A stretch of DNA of 64,000 bases from Pyrodictiaceae archaeon (GCA_027036135.1 JALVSY010000016.1:1-64000), one strand, 5' to 3'; shown: positions 35,258 through 45,609, counted from the first letter of the stretch. Numbers and translations: made by a program. Notes: generated from the sequence alone by a model not told the origin.

Positions 35258-35537
35258 GAACTCTGCTAGTGTTTACGCTCTTGCCATACAATATATTAAG
35301 TGGGTTCTGGCCGTACCATTCGCTATAAAGGGTCTCTCTTAGTACCTTTTCTACAAAAACAGCTCGCTGATGCCCGAGGCCGAGTACATGTTCTATGTAT
35401 TCGTGCATGAAGCTCTCGTCCAGGAACCATTCTACTTCGTCCTCTATTTGAATCCATCTAATATTAATGAATATTTTATTCTTCTTGAACCATGCTGCTG
35501 CATCATCGTCCTTTGCTACTATTATTACATCGGCCAA
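35175..35537 (-). CDS. hypothetical small protein with zincin-like motif
   Basis: HEYIEHVLGLGH; 3' end overlaps DUF424 by ~80 nt. Confidence 0.5.
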   Translation of the reverse strand: MADVIIVAKDDDAAAWFKKNKIFINIRWIQIEDEVEWFLDESFMHEYIEHVLGLGHQRAVFVEKVLRETLYSEWYGQNPLNILYGKSVNTSRVPSKESLQTAHEELPQLLSRHRGVLAPS

Positions 35538-35878
35538 GCCTGGCCACCACGCAGTATCCTATACATATCCGGGGGTTTAAAACACATTTAGGAACAATTG
35601 TCTGGAAATAGATTTGTAAATTAAGTTGGGGTTTACCATAGTTTAGGTGAGTCGCGTAGCCCTAGTAGCGCCCAGCCTGGCCGAAATCACTTCTATCAAG
35701 GGTAGTACCTAGTCCAACGAGTAGCTTGCCCTGGCTCGGAAATACTAAGAAGAAACATCCCGGATCTTTTCTCTCCATTCGTGCCTTGTTTAAGACAAAT
35801 CTAGTGCTTCAGGGACTGTTTGTATACAAGGCTATTTCTACCCGAGACCGCACAAGAATACTATCCTGGAGATAATCT

Positions 35879-36645
35879 TTGGCTGGGATAGTATATGAGG
35901 AGAGTCTTGATGGATTAACCCTAATGGAGTACATTGAATTCGAGCTACGTAAGCCAAGCTTCTTCGTCCTGGGCTTGCCAGATACTGGGCTAGTAGGTGT
36001 AATATCTGCGAATCATATCGTTGAGAGCATGGGGCTAAAGGAGGTTGCTGGTATAGATATCGAGGCGCTTATGCCACCTGTGGCTGTTATATCGAAGGGC
36101 GAGGTTCGGCCCCCCTCCGAATCTATGCTAAGGACAATATAATGGCACTTACAGCTGAAACACCAGTACCAGCGAGCGTTATCCCACTCTTAGCCAGGCT
36201 ACTAATAGACTATGCTATACGTAAGGGTGTAGACTACATAGTATCCATAGTCGGGATAGCATCGCCGAACAGGATAAACATGGATAAGCCACATGTATAC
36301 TGGATAGCAAGCAATGAAAAAGCAAAGGAACTGGCCTCTAAACTAGGCATAGAGGTGTTCAGTAGCGGATACCTTGTAGGACCTTATGCACTCATACTAA
36401 AGCAGGCCATAAGGAAAAGAGTCACTAACCTGGTACTATTAGCGGATGCCTATGTAGAGTTCCCAGATCCAGAAGCAGCAGCCAGCGTATTAACAGTACT
36501 GTCAAAAGCGATCGGCACTGAGATCGATGTTAAGAAACTGCTTGAACAAGCAGAGATGATCCGCGTAAGAATGAGAGGACTCATGAAGAAGACTAAAGAA
36601 GCTATGGCTGAGATGGGTGGGCCAAGTCCAGTTCTTTACGCATAA
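35879..36645 (+). pseudogene. PAC2/PbaA-B family proteasome assembly chaperone, frameshifted at C6 (36110-36115)
   Basis: GLPDTGLVG in the first frame, PDPEAAA in the second; adding one C restores ..EVRPPLRIYAKDNIMAL.. Confidence 0.8.
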
Positions 36646-36668
36646 GCAGTTAGCTGGGGTGTGTCGCT

Positions 36669-37088
36669 ATGAGCTTCGAGGAGATTAAGAAAAGAATAGA
36701 GAGGATACACAAGAGGATAATGGAGGAGATAGAGAGGAGTTTCGAAGAAGCAACGAGTATGAGCTTATTCCAGCAGGGAAGCATGAAGCCCCTCTATACA
36801 ATATACCAGCGCCCCGATGCCTATGTAGTACTAGTTGACCTAGCAGGAGCCGATACTTCATCACTTGAGGTAAAAGCTACAGAGAATAAGCTCATCATAA
36901 GAGCCTCTCTTGAGAAGGAGGTAAGATTCAGCGATATCTACGGAACCGTGGTTGGAGAAGACATAGTATTTCATGAATACGAGCACGAGATTCCATTACC
37001 GCCTGACGCCGACCCGTCTAACATAAAGTACAATATCAGGCCGAACAAAATAGTTGAGATAATTATTCCGCGGAAAAGATCATCTTGA
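36669..37088 (+). CDS. small heat shock protein (Hsp20)
   Basis: alpha-crystallin pattern YVVLVDLAG..IPLP..VEIIIP. Confidence 0.85.
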   Translation: MSFEEIKKRIERIHKRIMEEIERSFEEATSMSLFQQGSMKPLYTIYQRPDAYVVLVDLAGADTSSLEVKATENKLIIRASLEKEVRFSDIYGTVVGEDIVFHEYEHEIPLPPDADPSNIKYNIRPNKIVEIIIPRKRSS

Positions 37089-37143
37089 ACCGCTAAGATT
37101 TTTACACTATTCCTAATCTTTTCGCGGACTGGGGAGACAAGCC

Positions 37144-37302
37144 GTGACAACCTATGAAGGCCTAGTTGAACGCGATGAGAAAGGCTATTTGATACGCCTA
37201 CCAGATGAGCTGGTAGCTAATATTCGGTGGCGTGAAGGAGACAAGGTAAAAATAGAGATGAGCGAGTGGCGTGGAAGATTAGTAATAGTTGTGTATAAGT
37301 AA
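37144..37302 (+). CDS. AbrB/MazE/SpoVT-type small DNA-binding protein (52 aa, below the ORF-track cutoff)
   Basis: MTTYEGLVERDEKGYLIRLPDELVANIRWREGDKVKIEMSEWRGRLVIVVYK; SD GGGGAG. Confidence 0.8.
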   Translation: MTTYEGLVERDEKGYLIRLPDELVANIRWREGDKVKIEMSEWRGRLVIVVYK

Positions 37303-37338
37303 GTACCTAGCTATGCCACAAGTGTTTTTAGTAACAAG

Positions 37339-37770
37339 CTATTTCTCTTCATCACTTAGGTTCCAGGGCTTTCCTTCTCGTAGTATTTTCTCGGGTAGCT
37401 TATCCTGGTATCTTCTAAGGAATTTGAGATCTTCTTCCTTCTTCCGTAGATTATCAGGTAGCATTCGTGGTATCTCATCTATTATGGGGTACCATCTTTT
37501 GCAATTTGGGCAGTAGAGTACGCCAGTAACTACTTCTACCTTTAAGCACTCCTCGCAGGGAGTATTGCCGTCTACCTCTTCTATTTTCTTTCCTATGGGT
37601 GTTTGCAAACGATAACAATAGAGCTCGCAGAGGGGCGGCTTATACTTTTTCAGCAGCTCCTTAATCTGTTCCTCCCGCTCTGGATACACTCTTTCCTCGA
37701 TAACGTATAGCTCCAAGGGGAAATGCTTACACATGGGGCACGCCGCCAGATCCATGAACCGGTACTTCAT
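37339..37770 (-). CDS. Trm112-family methyltransferase activator
   Basis: [34 protein letters not shown]. Confidence 0.9.
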   Translation of the reverse strand: MKYRFMDLAACPMCKHFPLELYVIEERVYPEREEQIKELLKKYKPPLCELYCYRLQTPIGKKIEEVDGNTPCEECLKVEVVTGVLYCPNCKRWYPIIDEIPRMLPDNLRKKEEDLKFLRRYQDKLPEKILREGKPWNLSDEEK

Positions 37771-39164
37771 GCCGTACCCAGCCTCCGAGCCTTCTCAGCC
37801 AGCTCCTCGGCTAATTGTCTAGCTTTCTCCGGGGTCCTTGCCTCAACCATTATTCTAAGCACGGGTTCTGTACCGCTTGGCCTCACTAGGAACCAGTAGT
37901 CCTCCTCGTCGACGCGGATACCGTCAACTGTTACTACTCGTGCGCCCCTTGATTTATACTCGTTTATTAATGCCTTTACTACCTCTAGCGCCTTATTCCT
38001 AGGCATAGGTATCTTCGTCTTAACTGCATAGTATCTCGGGAGCTCGTTGAATAGTTCTGATGCAGTCTTCTTCTCACGGGCCATCATCTCAAGGAAAAGC
38101 GCGAGCGTCATGCCGCCATCGCGTGCCAGGAGGTGAGGAGGATATAGGAATCCACCATTCTCCTCAAACCCGGCAATGCCGCCATTCTCGAGCAGGCTAT
38201 AGGCTATGTTTATCGAGCCTACGGGGGTCCAACGAACCTCTACGCCAGCTTCTCTTAGATACTCTTCTACTAGCCGGCTACTAGAAACCGCTGTGTATAT
38301 AACTCTAGGCACATTTTGTGTCAGTTTGTGCTCAGCTATATACCTTGAGAGCAACGCTCCTGTACGATCCCCCCACCATACCTCGCCTTTCTCATCAATG
38401 AAGATGGCTCTGTCCCCGTCGCCGTCGTGTCCGACTCCTAGGTCTAGACCTAGCGCTTTAACCACGTTAGCTGCTTCTTTTAGCGAGCTAGGTGTAGGCT
38501 CGGGCTCTCGATAGGGCTGTGTCGATATGTTACAAGCCAGTGTGTAAGCTTTGACTCCGAGGATTCTTAGAATCTCTGGCGTTGTAAGTGAGGCGACGTT
38601 ATTGGTGCAGTCAACTAGTACGCGGAAGCCGCGAGAACGTATAAGGTTCTTATCAACTTTCTCAATTACTCCACGAATATAAGTGCCTAGTACCTCGTCG
38701 TCTATGCGTACTTTGTCGCGTATCCTTGTCCAAGGTGTTAGGCGGAAGCGTTCCTCGAAATATATTTGCTCAATCTTCTTCTCGGTCTCTCTATCAATCT
38801 CTATGCCCAGAGAACTTATCACCTTTATACCATTGTACTCCGGTGGATTATGGCTAGCAGTAACAATGACGCCAACATCGTAGCCACGTTCCTTTACAGC
38901 ATATTGTATAGCAGGAGTCGGTGCATACCCCTCTACCCCGGCCTTATAGACCTCAGCGCCGCCGGAGAGGAGACCAGCTATTACCGCGTTCATTATCATC
39001 TCGCCACCAGCCCTTCCATCGCGGCCTACTAGTACGCGAATACCCTCGCCATACTGTGAGGCGATTGCCATGCCTAACTTAAGGGCTAGAGTTGGTGTAA
39101 GCTCCTTGTTTAATATCCCGCGTACCCCGTCGGTTCCAAATAGCTTACCCAAGGATATATGCAC
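37767..39164 (-). CDS. phosphomannomutase/phosphoglucomutase (phosphohexomutase family)
   Basis: [27 protein letters not shown]. Confidence 0.95.
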   Translation of the reverse strand: MHISLGKLFGTDGVRGILNKELTPTLALKLGMAIASQYGEGIRVLVGRDGRAGGEMIMNAVIAGLLSGGAEVYKAGVEGYAPTPAIQYAVKERGYDVGVIVTASHNPPEYNGIKVISSLGIEIDRETEKKIEQIYFEERFRLTPWTRIRDKVRIDDEVLGTYIRGVIEKVDKNLIRSRGFRVLVDCTNNVASLTTPEILRILGVKAYTLACNISTQPYREPEPTPSSLKEAANVVKALGLDLGVGHDGDGDRAIFIDEKGEVWWGDRTGALLSRYIAEHKLTQNVPRVIYTAVSSSRLVEEYLREAGVEVRWTPVGSINIAYSLLENGGIAGFEENGGFLYPPHLLARDGGMTLALFLEMMAREKKTASELFNELPRYYAVKTKIPMPRNKALEVVKALINEYKSRGARVVTVDGIRVDEEDYWFLVRPSGTEPVLRIMVEARTPEKARQLAEELAEKARRLGTA

Positions 39165-39172
39165 CCAGGTAG

Positions 39173-40306
39173 ATGTTTAGTAGACCAGCCACCTATACTT
39201 GGAAATACTGCTGTAAAGTAAAAGAGTTCCCCTTCACCCTCTCTATGGCTCTATCTTGGCGAGCATTGTTGGGGTTCCTCGAGAACATCTATGGGCGTAG
39301 TCCCCGCTGTGTACTAGTATTATCAACTGGTGGCGGAGGGGATGTAGCAACAGCTCTTCTCTATGCGAGGATGGCTTCCTTGGAGAATGCTAGGGCAGTG
39401 ATACTGGCTCTCCCCTGGGAGCGATATGTTAAGGATCCTTGTCCCGGGCCAATCGAGTTCAACTCATTAATAGGAGTAGAGATGCTGAGCTACACCGCGC
39501 TGGCTAGGTATGAGTGCTTAGCGGAGCGCTGCGCACGAGTCTTTACGCCAACCGTGTGCAAGGCAGCTAGGCTCAGCGCTGCGGCAATTCCCGTCTATAT
39601 ACTCGATGGCTGGGGCGGCGAACTCGGTATACGTAGGGGTATAGAAGAGGTAGCCGGTATCCATGGATGTGAAGCAATACTAGCAGTTGATGTTGGAGGA
39701 GACGTACTAGCCCAGGGATGCGAGGAGAACCTATGGAGTCCTCTTGGCGATTCCCTAGGTCTTGCAGCAGCCGTGAGTACAGGGCTTGATACCAAGCTCT
39801 TGGTTCAAGGTCTTGGCGCTGATGGGGAGCTTAGTGAGGAAGAACTCTTACGTATAATAGCTGGCTTAGCACGGCGAGGTGCACTTGTATGGAGTAGGGG
39901 TATTAATAGAAAGGAGCTACAAGTGCTAGAAGAGATAACGAGTTATATCCATACAGAAGCTGGGCGAATACCTATTCTAGGCTTTCGTGGCTACTTCGGT
40001 GAGCACCGTATACGCGGCGGTACTCGTAGTGTTAGCGTGGATATCTATAAGACATGTGCAGTTATACTTGAGGCCGAGCCTGTCTACGAGCTCTCTTTAC
40101 CAGCACGCTTGGTTAGAAATACTGCTAGTCTTGAGGAAGCGCATCGTCGTCTAAACGATGCAGGCATATATACAGAGCTAGACCTCGAAATCGACCTGCA
40201 CAAGATAATAGAGCTTGACGAGCTATCTCCAGGCAAGGTAATAGAGGTAAGAAGGAATGGTAGAGCTAGGCTACCCCCGTGCAAGAATACTATTAACAAA
40301 CGATGA
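39173..40306 (+). CDS. DUF1152 family protein (start possibly ATG ~39245)
   Basis: GGGGDV, VDVGGD, LWSPLGD, GADGEL. Confidence 0.85.
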   Translation: MFSRPATYTWKYCCKVKEFPFTLSMALSWRALLGFLENIYGRSPRCVLVLSTGGGGDVATALLYARMASLENARAVILALPWERYVKDPCPGPIEFNSLIGVEMLSYTALARYECLAERCARVFTPTVCKAARLSAAAIPVYILDGWGGELGIRRGIEEVAGIHGCEAILAVDVGGDVLAQGCEENLWSPLGDSLGLAAAVSTGLDTKLLVQGLGADGELSEEELLRIIAGLARRGALVWSRGINRKELQVLEEITSYIHTEAGRIPILGFRGYFGEHRIRGGTRSVSVDIYKTCAVILEAEPVYELSLPARLVRNTASLEEAHRRLNDAGIYTELDLEIDLHKIIELDELSPGKVIEVRRNGRARLPPCKNTINKR

Positions 40307-41084
40307 TGGAGCTGATAGCCCGGGGCTCCGCCTACTATACGAGGCTGTGCATGATCTAGGAGAAGTAAAGATAATTGTGCCCGAGGCCTCGCGGAGCGCT
40401 TGTGGACATGGAATGACGCTTCATAAACCCATCAGAGCGAGACGAGTAACTCTTTGGGGAAACATAGATGCGCTAGTAATTGATGGCTTACCAGCCGATG
40501 TGGTCTACATAGCGCTCAGCGAGAGCAAACCTAGCATAGTTCTTTCGGGAGTAAATATGGGGGATAATACTAGCCTGCAATCCATACTAGCGTCGGCAAC
40601 AATAGGTGCTATTATACATGCAGCGCTGAACGATGTCCCTGGGATAGCATTCTCGGCAGACACCAGGAGCGTGGAAGATTTTGAACTACTCGTGAAGAAC
40701 CATGGCAATTTCATTAAGAAGATTATACGTGGCTTAGTAAGCCTCGTGTTCAGTAAGGAGTTACCTCACCAAGTTAAAGCTCTCAGCGTTAACTTTCCAC
40801 GCTCTATAAGAGCAAGAGAGATAGCTATTGCTAGGCCAGCGAAGCTACGCTTCAAGCAACTAGCTAAGCCCGTAAAAAGTACAAATAATGAAACTTATTA
40901 CAGGATAATCGGTATTCCAGTTAGCACTCAGGGAGACAATGATGTGGCAACGCTTCTCGAAGGAAGAGTAGTTATTACACCAATCTGTATAGAGAGCTTA
41001 TTCTTCTGTGACTCCAATCTATACATGCATTTAGTCAAACTGATCAGAGACCGTGCTCTCTCAACGAGCCAAGTCTTTAACTAG
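40257..41084 (+). CDS. surE: 5'/3'-nucleotidase SurE
   Basis: LLTNDDG, SGVNMGDN, GIAFS. Confidence 0.9.
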   Translation: MVELGYPRARILLTNDDGADSPGLRLLYEAVHDLGEVKIIVPEASRSACGHGMTLHKPIRARRVTLWGNIDALVIDGLPADVVYIALSESKPSIVLSGVNMGDNTSLQSILASATIGAIIHAALNDVPGIAFSADTRSVEDFELLVKNHGNFIKKIIRGLVSLVFSKELPHQVKALSVNFPRSIRAREIAIARPAKLRFKQLAKPVKSTNNETYYRIIGIPVSTQGDNDVATLLEGRVVITPICIESLFFCDSNLYMHLVKLIRDRALSTSQVFN

Positions 41085-41107
41085 GAGCGATGCGGTCAAT
41101 GATTACT

Positions 41108-41183
41108 AGGGGTGGTGGCCCGGCGGACGAGATGAGCCCCGGTCTCGGGGCGATATGGCGCCGGGTCCGACCTCGGGTACACA
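41108..41183 (+). ncRNA. GC-rich structured intergenic RNA candidate (K-turn / H/ACA-like hairpin)
   Basis: stem GGCCCGGCG(41117-25)/CGCCGGGTC(41159-67), inner GCCCCG/CGGGGC hairpin flanked by GATGA and GA, ACA at 41179. Confidence 0.4.
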
Positions 41184-41227
41184 TCCGGTCTCAGTTAACA
41201 AGGGAAGATCCCCGAGGAGCATGATTA

Positions 41228-41443
41228 TTGTCGCGTTGCTCTATAATTGCTAAGGATATAAGGATACTAAAGCAGCTCGATCTAGATGAATGTAGCGACG
41301 TCTGCCCAGTGGAGGCGCTAATAGTGACTAGTGATGGCGTCAGAGCCGAGCCGTCAAGGTGTCTTGTCTGCCTAGCTTGTATGGCTCTCTGCGGCCCCGA
41401 TAAAGTTATGATTATTAGTGACTGGGTATGTACAGAATCGTGA
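41228..41443 (+). CDS. small 4Fe-4S ferredoxin-like protein
   Basis: CSDVCP and CLVCLACMALC. Confidence 0.7.
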   Translation: MSRCSIIAKDIRILKQLDLDECSDVCPVEALIVTSDGVRAEPSRCLVCLACMALCGPDKVMIISDWVCTES

Positions 41444-41504
41444 AACAAAAGAGTGCCTTCTCGGCTCATTAACAATGATCGCGGTTGCGAGGAGCGAGGC
41501 ACGT

Positions 41505-42512
41505 ATGGGTATAGCCACTCTCTTTGTTGACGTATACATAGTTAATAGTAACGGTAGCATAATCGGGCCTGGCTACGTAAGGGTATCAGATGGTGTTATC
41601 AGTCATATCGGTATTGGCGAGCCACCGGAGGAGGCGCAACTAGCCGAGCTTGTCCTAGGCGGTCGCGGGAGATTACTTTATCCTGGTTTTGGCGCGGCCC
41701 TTGTCTATCCCGAAACTTATATACTCAGAGACTATATAAATGGGGATGGCCTGCCTGATAAGAGTATACTAGAATGCATTAAGGAGATGAATGAAGAAGA
41801 GGCTTACTATTCATCACTTATGGCTTTCTATGAGATGAGTCTAGCCGGGTATACACGAGTAACTGCGCTAAGTCCTCACCCGAGTGCCGTGGCGCGTGCT
41901 CTAAAGGAAGCTGGGCTGGTTGGCGCAGTCCTAGCACTAGTAGAGGATGCTAGCAAGCTGAAAGACTTTTCAGGGCTAAAGCGGGACATGGGTAACGAGG
42001 TTGTCCTCGGAGCTGCTATCACTAGGCCAGTGTCTAGCGAGGTTCTCATAGAGGGCATTAGGTGCATAGTAGAAGATAAGTGTAATATTTATTGTAATGA
42101 CAGAATCATAGTGCCTTTTGGATGCGAGGGAGAAGGTATTATTGCACCCGTTTACCCTTTTGTTACACCCTCGCAAATTATGCAAAAATATCGTGCCCAG
42201 GGCCTCTTGTCACTAATCAGGGACGCGCATAGACTAATTAGTAAGGATTATGCTCCCCTAGACAAGGGAGCAAGGGCACATATAGCTGTCTACGATGTAA
42301 GTGAGCCTCCCTCCTGGATAGGGCCCTTAGAACTAGCATCGCCCTACATGTTGACCCCACTTGCAAGAGCCGAGACACTGGTATCTGAGGGCCGGTTAGT
42401 AATTGATGGTGGTGAACACTTATTCCTCGGCCCGGAGGCTTCTGAGAAAGCAATGGAGGTTCTTGGGGATGTGAGGCGCAGGTGTAGTAAGCGTTTGAAC
42501 AAGGTTTGGTGA
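41505..42512 (+). CDS. amidohydrolase-fold protein lacking the metal-binding His residues
   Basis: N-terminal beta-sandwich (GYVRVSDGVI..GRLLYPGF) and C-terminal TLVSEGRLV; PGFGAALVY where HxH is expected. Confidence 0.65.
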   Translation: MGIATLFVDVYIVNSNGSIIGPGYVRVSDGVISHIGIGEPPEEAQLAELVLGGRGRLLYPGFGAALVYPETYILRDYINGDGLPDKSILECIKEMNEEEAYYSSLMAFYEMSLAGYTRVTALSPHPSAVARALKEAGLVGAVLALVEDASKLKDFSGLKRDMGNEVVLGAAITRPVSSEVLIEGIRCIVEDKCNIYCNDRIIVPFGCEGEGIIAPVYPFVTPSQIMQKYRAQGLLSLIRDAHRLISKDYAPLDKGARAHIAVYDVSEPPSWIGPLELASPYMLTPLARAETLVSEGRLVIDGGEHLFLGPEASEKAMEVLGDVRRRCSKRLNKVW

Positions 42513-42553
42513 AGCGGTCTTATTAAAAATAATAGGCGGTCCGGGGGCGGTTC

Positions 42554-42949
42554 CTATTCCAGGTTTCTCGAAGTCACGCCTCTCTCTATCCGCCTAGCTC
42601 TGAGGGCCTTCACTATATAGTTGAAGGCGCTGTCGGGATCGGTGTGCTTGCCGCAGCTATAGACATCAACTGTAGCGAAGCGGTACTCTGGCCAAGTGTG
42701 AATAGTTATATGGCTCTCAAGGACTATTGCTACTACGCTAACACCTTCTCCTATCTTCCAGCTCTTAACATCTAGCAAGGTCATGTTTCCTATATTTGCT
42801 GCCTCAATAACTATCTCTCTAAGCTTCTCCTCGTCTCTAAGGATATTAGAGTCACACTCGTAAAGATTACCGTAAACATGGCGACCGTATACCTTTGGCT
42901 CCCTGCTTAGCGCCAAAGTCTCCATGTTTCTTAGTGTCGCTGCTTCCAT
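42554..42949 (-). CDS. speH: S-adenosylmethionine decarboxylase proenzyme
   Basis: [28 protein letters not shown] (ESH cleavage site). Confidence 0.9.
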   Translation of the reverse strand: MEAATLRNMETLALSREPKVYGRHVYGNLYECDSNILRDEEKLREIVIEAANIGNMTLLDVKSWKIGEGVSVVAIVLESHITIHTWPEYRFATVDVYSCGKHTDPDSAFNYIVKALRARRIERGVTSRNLE

Positions 42950-43232
42950 AGAACCACCTCCGCTTTTAGGGGGGTCATATTTATAGCCTTTAAGAGTTAC
43001 CCCCGGGGTCTTGAAGAACTCATATTGCTAAATTTATTGCTAGGAAGTACCAGATTCCCTGCTCAGCACTAGATATTGTTCATTACTCTTTCTCGAAGAG
43101 GGTGAAGCCTTATAATCCTCAGGCAATGTAGTTGCAGAGACCTCTACGAGGCTCTCGGGGATAGCTCTAATTATGTTTAGGAAACATTAACCCGTTCTAG
43201 CTCGGAGCCTTGTCTGGGCGGGGACGATACTT

Positions 43233-44021
43233 ATGCAAATATTTACGAAGACGAGCAAAGGCGATGTATCAAGCCATGCTCTTGTAACGAGCCTTGAGGA
43301 GGTCTATGAGGGAGCCCTTAGTTACTTAAACGATGTTGTTGAGCGCACTGGTAGGCCCGGGTTCCGAGTAGCTACTGGTGATTTCCATAAGTCACGTATA
43401 ACGGTGGTCCTTCACCCTATTGGGCCCTCGGCGCTCGCTATATTGCTTGAGGAGCTAGCCCGGCTGGGTACTGATGTTGTGTTGTATCTTGATACTGCTA
43501 CGGCTCTGCTACCAAGGATAGAGATAGGTAGTGTGATTCTCGCTACTGGCGCTATAAAGGGGGATGGAGTCTCTAAGGCGTATGCGCCCTTAGAGGTACC
43601 CGCGATACCGAGCCATGAACTCTTCCACCATGTACAGCAATCGCTTGAGATACACGATGTCAAGACGTTTACGGGAATTGTATGGAGCGTGGACACGTTC
43701 TACCTAAATGGCGGCTTCATGGAGAACTATATAAAGACGTATAGCAGGATAGCAGCGGCAATGGATATGGGCACAGCCACATTATTCACCGTATCCATGG
43801 TTCGGAAGCTTCACGCAGCATCAGTACTAGTAGTTGAGTCAAGCGTGCCTAAAGGCGTTGAGCGTGGAGCTCTCTACTCCGAGGAAGAGACCTATGAATC
43901 ACTTCACAAAAAAGTATTTGATACAATTGATCGCCTAATAAAGCCATTATTAGAGGCACTCGCTCTTCACATGGAGCACGTAAAGGTCTCCAGGCCAGCT
44001 ACTGTGGTAGAGCCAGCCTAG
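43233..44021 (+). CDS. PNP/UDP phosphorylase-fold protein, divergent
   Basis: IGPSALAI.LEEL, GIVWSVDTFY; MDMG in place of the usual EME. Confidence 0.7.
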   Translation: MQIFTKTSKGDVSSHALVTSLEEVYEGALSYLNDVVERTGRPGFRVATGDFHKSRITVVLHPIGPSALAILLEELARLGTDVVLYLDTATALLPRIEIGSVILATGAIKGDGVSKAYAPLEVPAIPSHELFHHVQQSLEIHDVKTFTGIVWSVDTFYLNGGFMENYIKTYSRIAAAMDMGTATLFTVSMVRKLHAASVLVVESSVPKGVERGALYSEEETYESLHKKVFDTIDRLIKPLLEALALHMEHVKVSRPATVVEPA

Positions 44022-44056
44022 TAGCACCTAATGATCTATTAGTAAGGTGAGTAACC

Positions 44057-44284
44057 ATGGCTAGGGATAATGTTTTTCGCCTAATAGACGAGAGCATGAG
44101 TATCCTAGACTACATAGAGAGGGAGGTAGGAGAAATAGCTAAGAGCAGTTCACGAGACGAGCCGCCAAGCAAGGGCACCGTCTATTCTTTGTACAGCCTG
44201 GTCGTTAGGCTCAGAGATAAGATATCGGAGCTAAGAGCAGAGATATACAGGGACTACACAGAGTCTAAGTGCAGCAACGACTGA
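44057..44284 (+). CDS. hypothetical helical protein
   Basis: 75 aa ORF with SD AGGTGA. Confidence 0.6.
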   Translation: MARDNVFRLIDESMSILDYIEREVGEIAKSSSRDEPPSKGTVYSLYSLVVRLRDKISELRAEIYRDYTESKCSND

Positions 44285-44296
44285 GGCATAAAAGCC

Positions 44297-44959
44297 GTGA
44301 AAGGCACTCCTAAGAAACCCCTATATATAGGCCGTTCAATCTCTAATGCAGCTAGTTTCATTGCTGCCCTTCTCTTCGTACTCATAGTATTCTACTTATA
44401 CTCCTACGGCGGAGAAAAGGGCATCGCCCCGCTCTTATCCCTATGGATTATATACTCGGGAATTGTTGCCTCTTCCATTTACCCGCTCATAAAGTCCTAC
44501 TACTCTGCAACACTAATGCTTATCCATGAATACAAAGTAGGATTGACACGGCCACCTTTCAAACCTCTTAGCGCTATAGCAGTTGTTCTCGCCGCTCCAT
44601 TCACAGCCCCCCTAGTTATTGCCTCTATGAATCATTGGTTGCTTAACGTAATAGAAAGGATCGCTGCGAGAACAAGTATAAGCGTAGAGGAAGTGGCGAG
44701 GGAACTACCTGCATCAATTACCTCGCTAAAACCCTTCGTAATTAGTACAGCTATCCCGATTCTCCAGCCAATAGCGCTGCTCTACTCCTGGCGACAGTTC
44801 CAGTTAGCTCTCTGCGGGCTCTTGAGAGTCCTTACCCGTAAAGGTCTTTGGGACAAGCCATGCACGCCTGATTTCATAGAAATAATGATCTGGGCCCAAC
44901 CTAACAACCTGGCCCTCAACTCTAAGCTCCTCTCTGAAAAGTGGAGCATCAAGGACTAA
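44297..44959 (+). CDS. hypothetical membrane protein
   Basis: several hydrophobic segments; 3' end overlaps dph6. Confidence 0.5.
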   Translation: MKGTPKKPLYIGRSISNAASFIAALLFVLIVFYLYSYGGEKGIAPLLSLWIIYSGIVASSIYPLIKSYYSATLMLIHEYKVGLTRPPFKPLSAIAVVLAAPFTAPLVIASMNHWLLNVIERIAARTSISVEEVARELPASITSLKPFVISTAIPILQPIALLYSWRQFQLALCGLLRVLTRKGLWDKPCTPDFIEIMIWAQPNNLALNSKLLSEKWSIKD

Positions 44960-45517
44960 GGTCTCGGCTTCCCCCCCTTCAAAGGCCGGATTGAATCCGT
45001 AGCGCTTGGCACGAGTTATTATATCCTCGACCAAGTCCTTGTCAAGGACTCGGCCAACAATCCAGCTCGGTAAGCCATACGCTTGCACGCTAACCACCAT
45101 TACCTTGAAATCATCTCTCACAAGGCTCCTCATATACTCCTCTTGGTCGATGCGCCAGAGAGGAGTAAATATCCTCAGCCCAACCTCCTCGGCCGCGGAA
45201 GCAAACCTAAGCCTCTGACAATCACTAAGCAACGCACCCGATACAACTGCTTCACAGCCACGAAGCCGTGCTTCTCTAAACACATTTACAAGTGCAGCCT
45301 CCTCGTCTCTCCCCGCTCGGAGCCTTACGAGTCTTAGCCGAAGCGCTTGCGCCTGTAGCTCCACTAGCCCCGTATACGGGTAATGGAATAACAAGCTATC
45401 CCAGCCACGAGACGGCTCAAGTGTTAGTGCGCAGCAAAGCCTAAACCCATGGAGAACAGCCCAGTGCAATGCATACATGCTATCCTTGCCACCGCTTAGC
45501 ATAGGGCAGGCAATCAT
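44804..45517 (-). CDS. diphthine-ammonia ligase (Dph6-like PP-loop ATPase)
   Basis: SGGKDS, PLW, EGGEAET.VLDAP. Confidence 0.88.
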   Translation of the reverse strand: MIACPMLSGGKDSMYALHWAVLHGFRLCCALTLEPSRGWDSLLFHYPYTGLVELQAQALRLRLVRLRAGRDEEAALVNVFREARLRGCEAVVSGALLSDCQRLRFASAAEEVGLRIFTPLWRIDQEEYMRSLVRDDFKVMVVSVQAYGLPSWIVGRVLDKDLVEDIITRAKRYGFNPAFEGGEAETLVLDAPLFREELRVEGQVVRLGPDHYFYEIRRAWLVPKTFTGKDSQEPAES

Positions 45518-45609
45518 CCTTACCAGCCACTCAGTGCCACGAGGCCTCTCGCTCCTCGTGGCTGTTATCTATCCACCCCCTTTCTAGAACATTTGTAGGG
45601 TAGTAGAGG

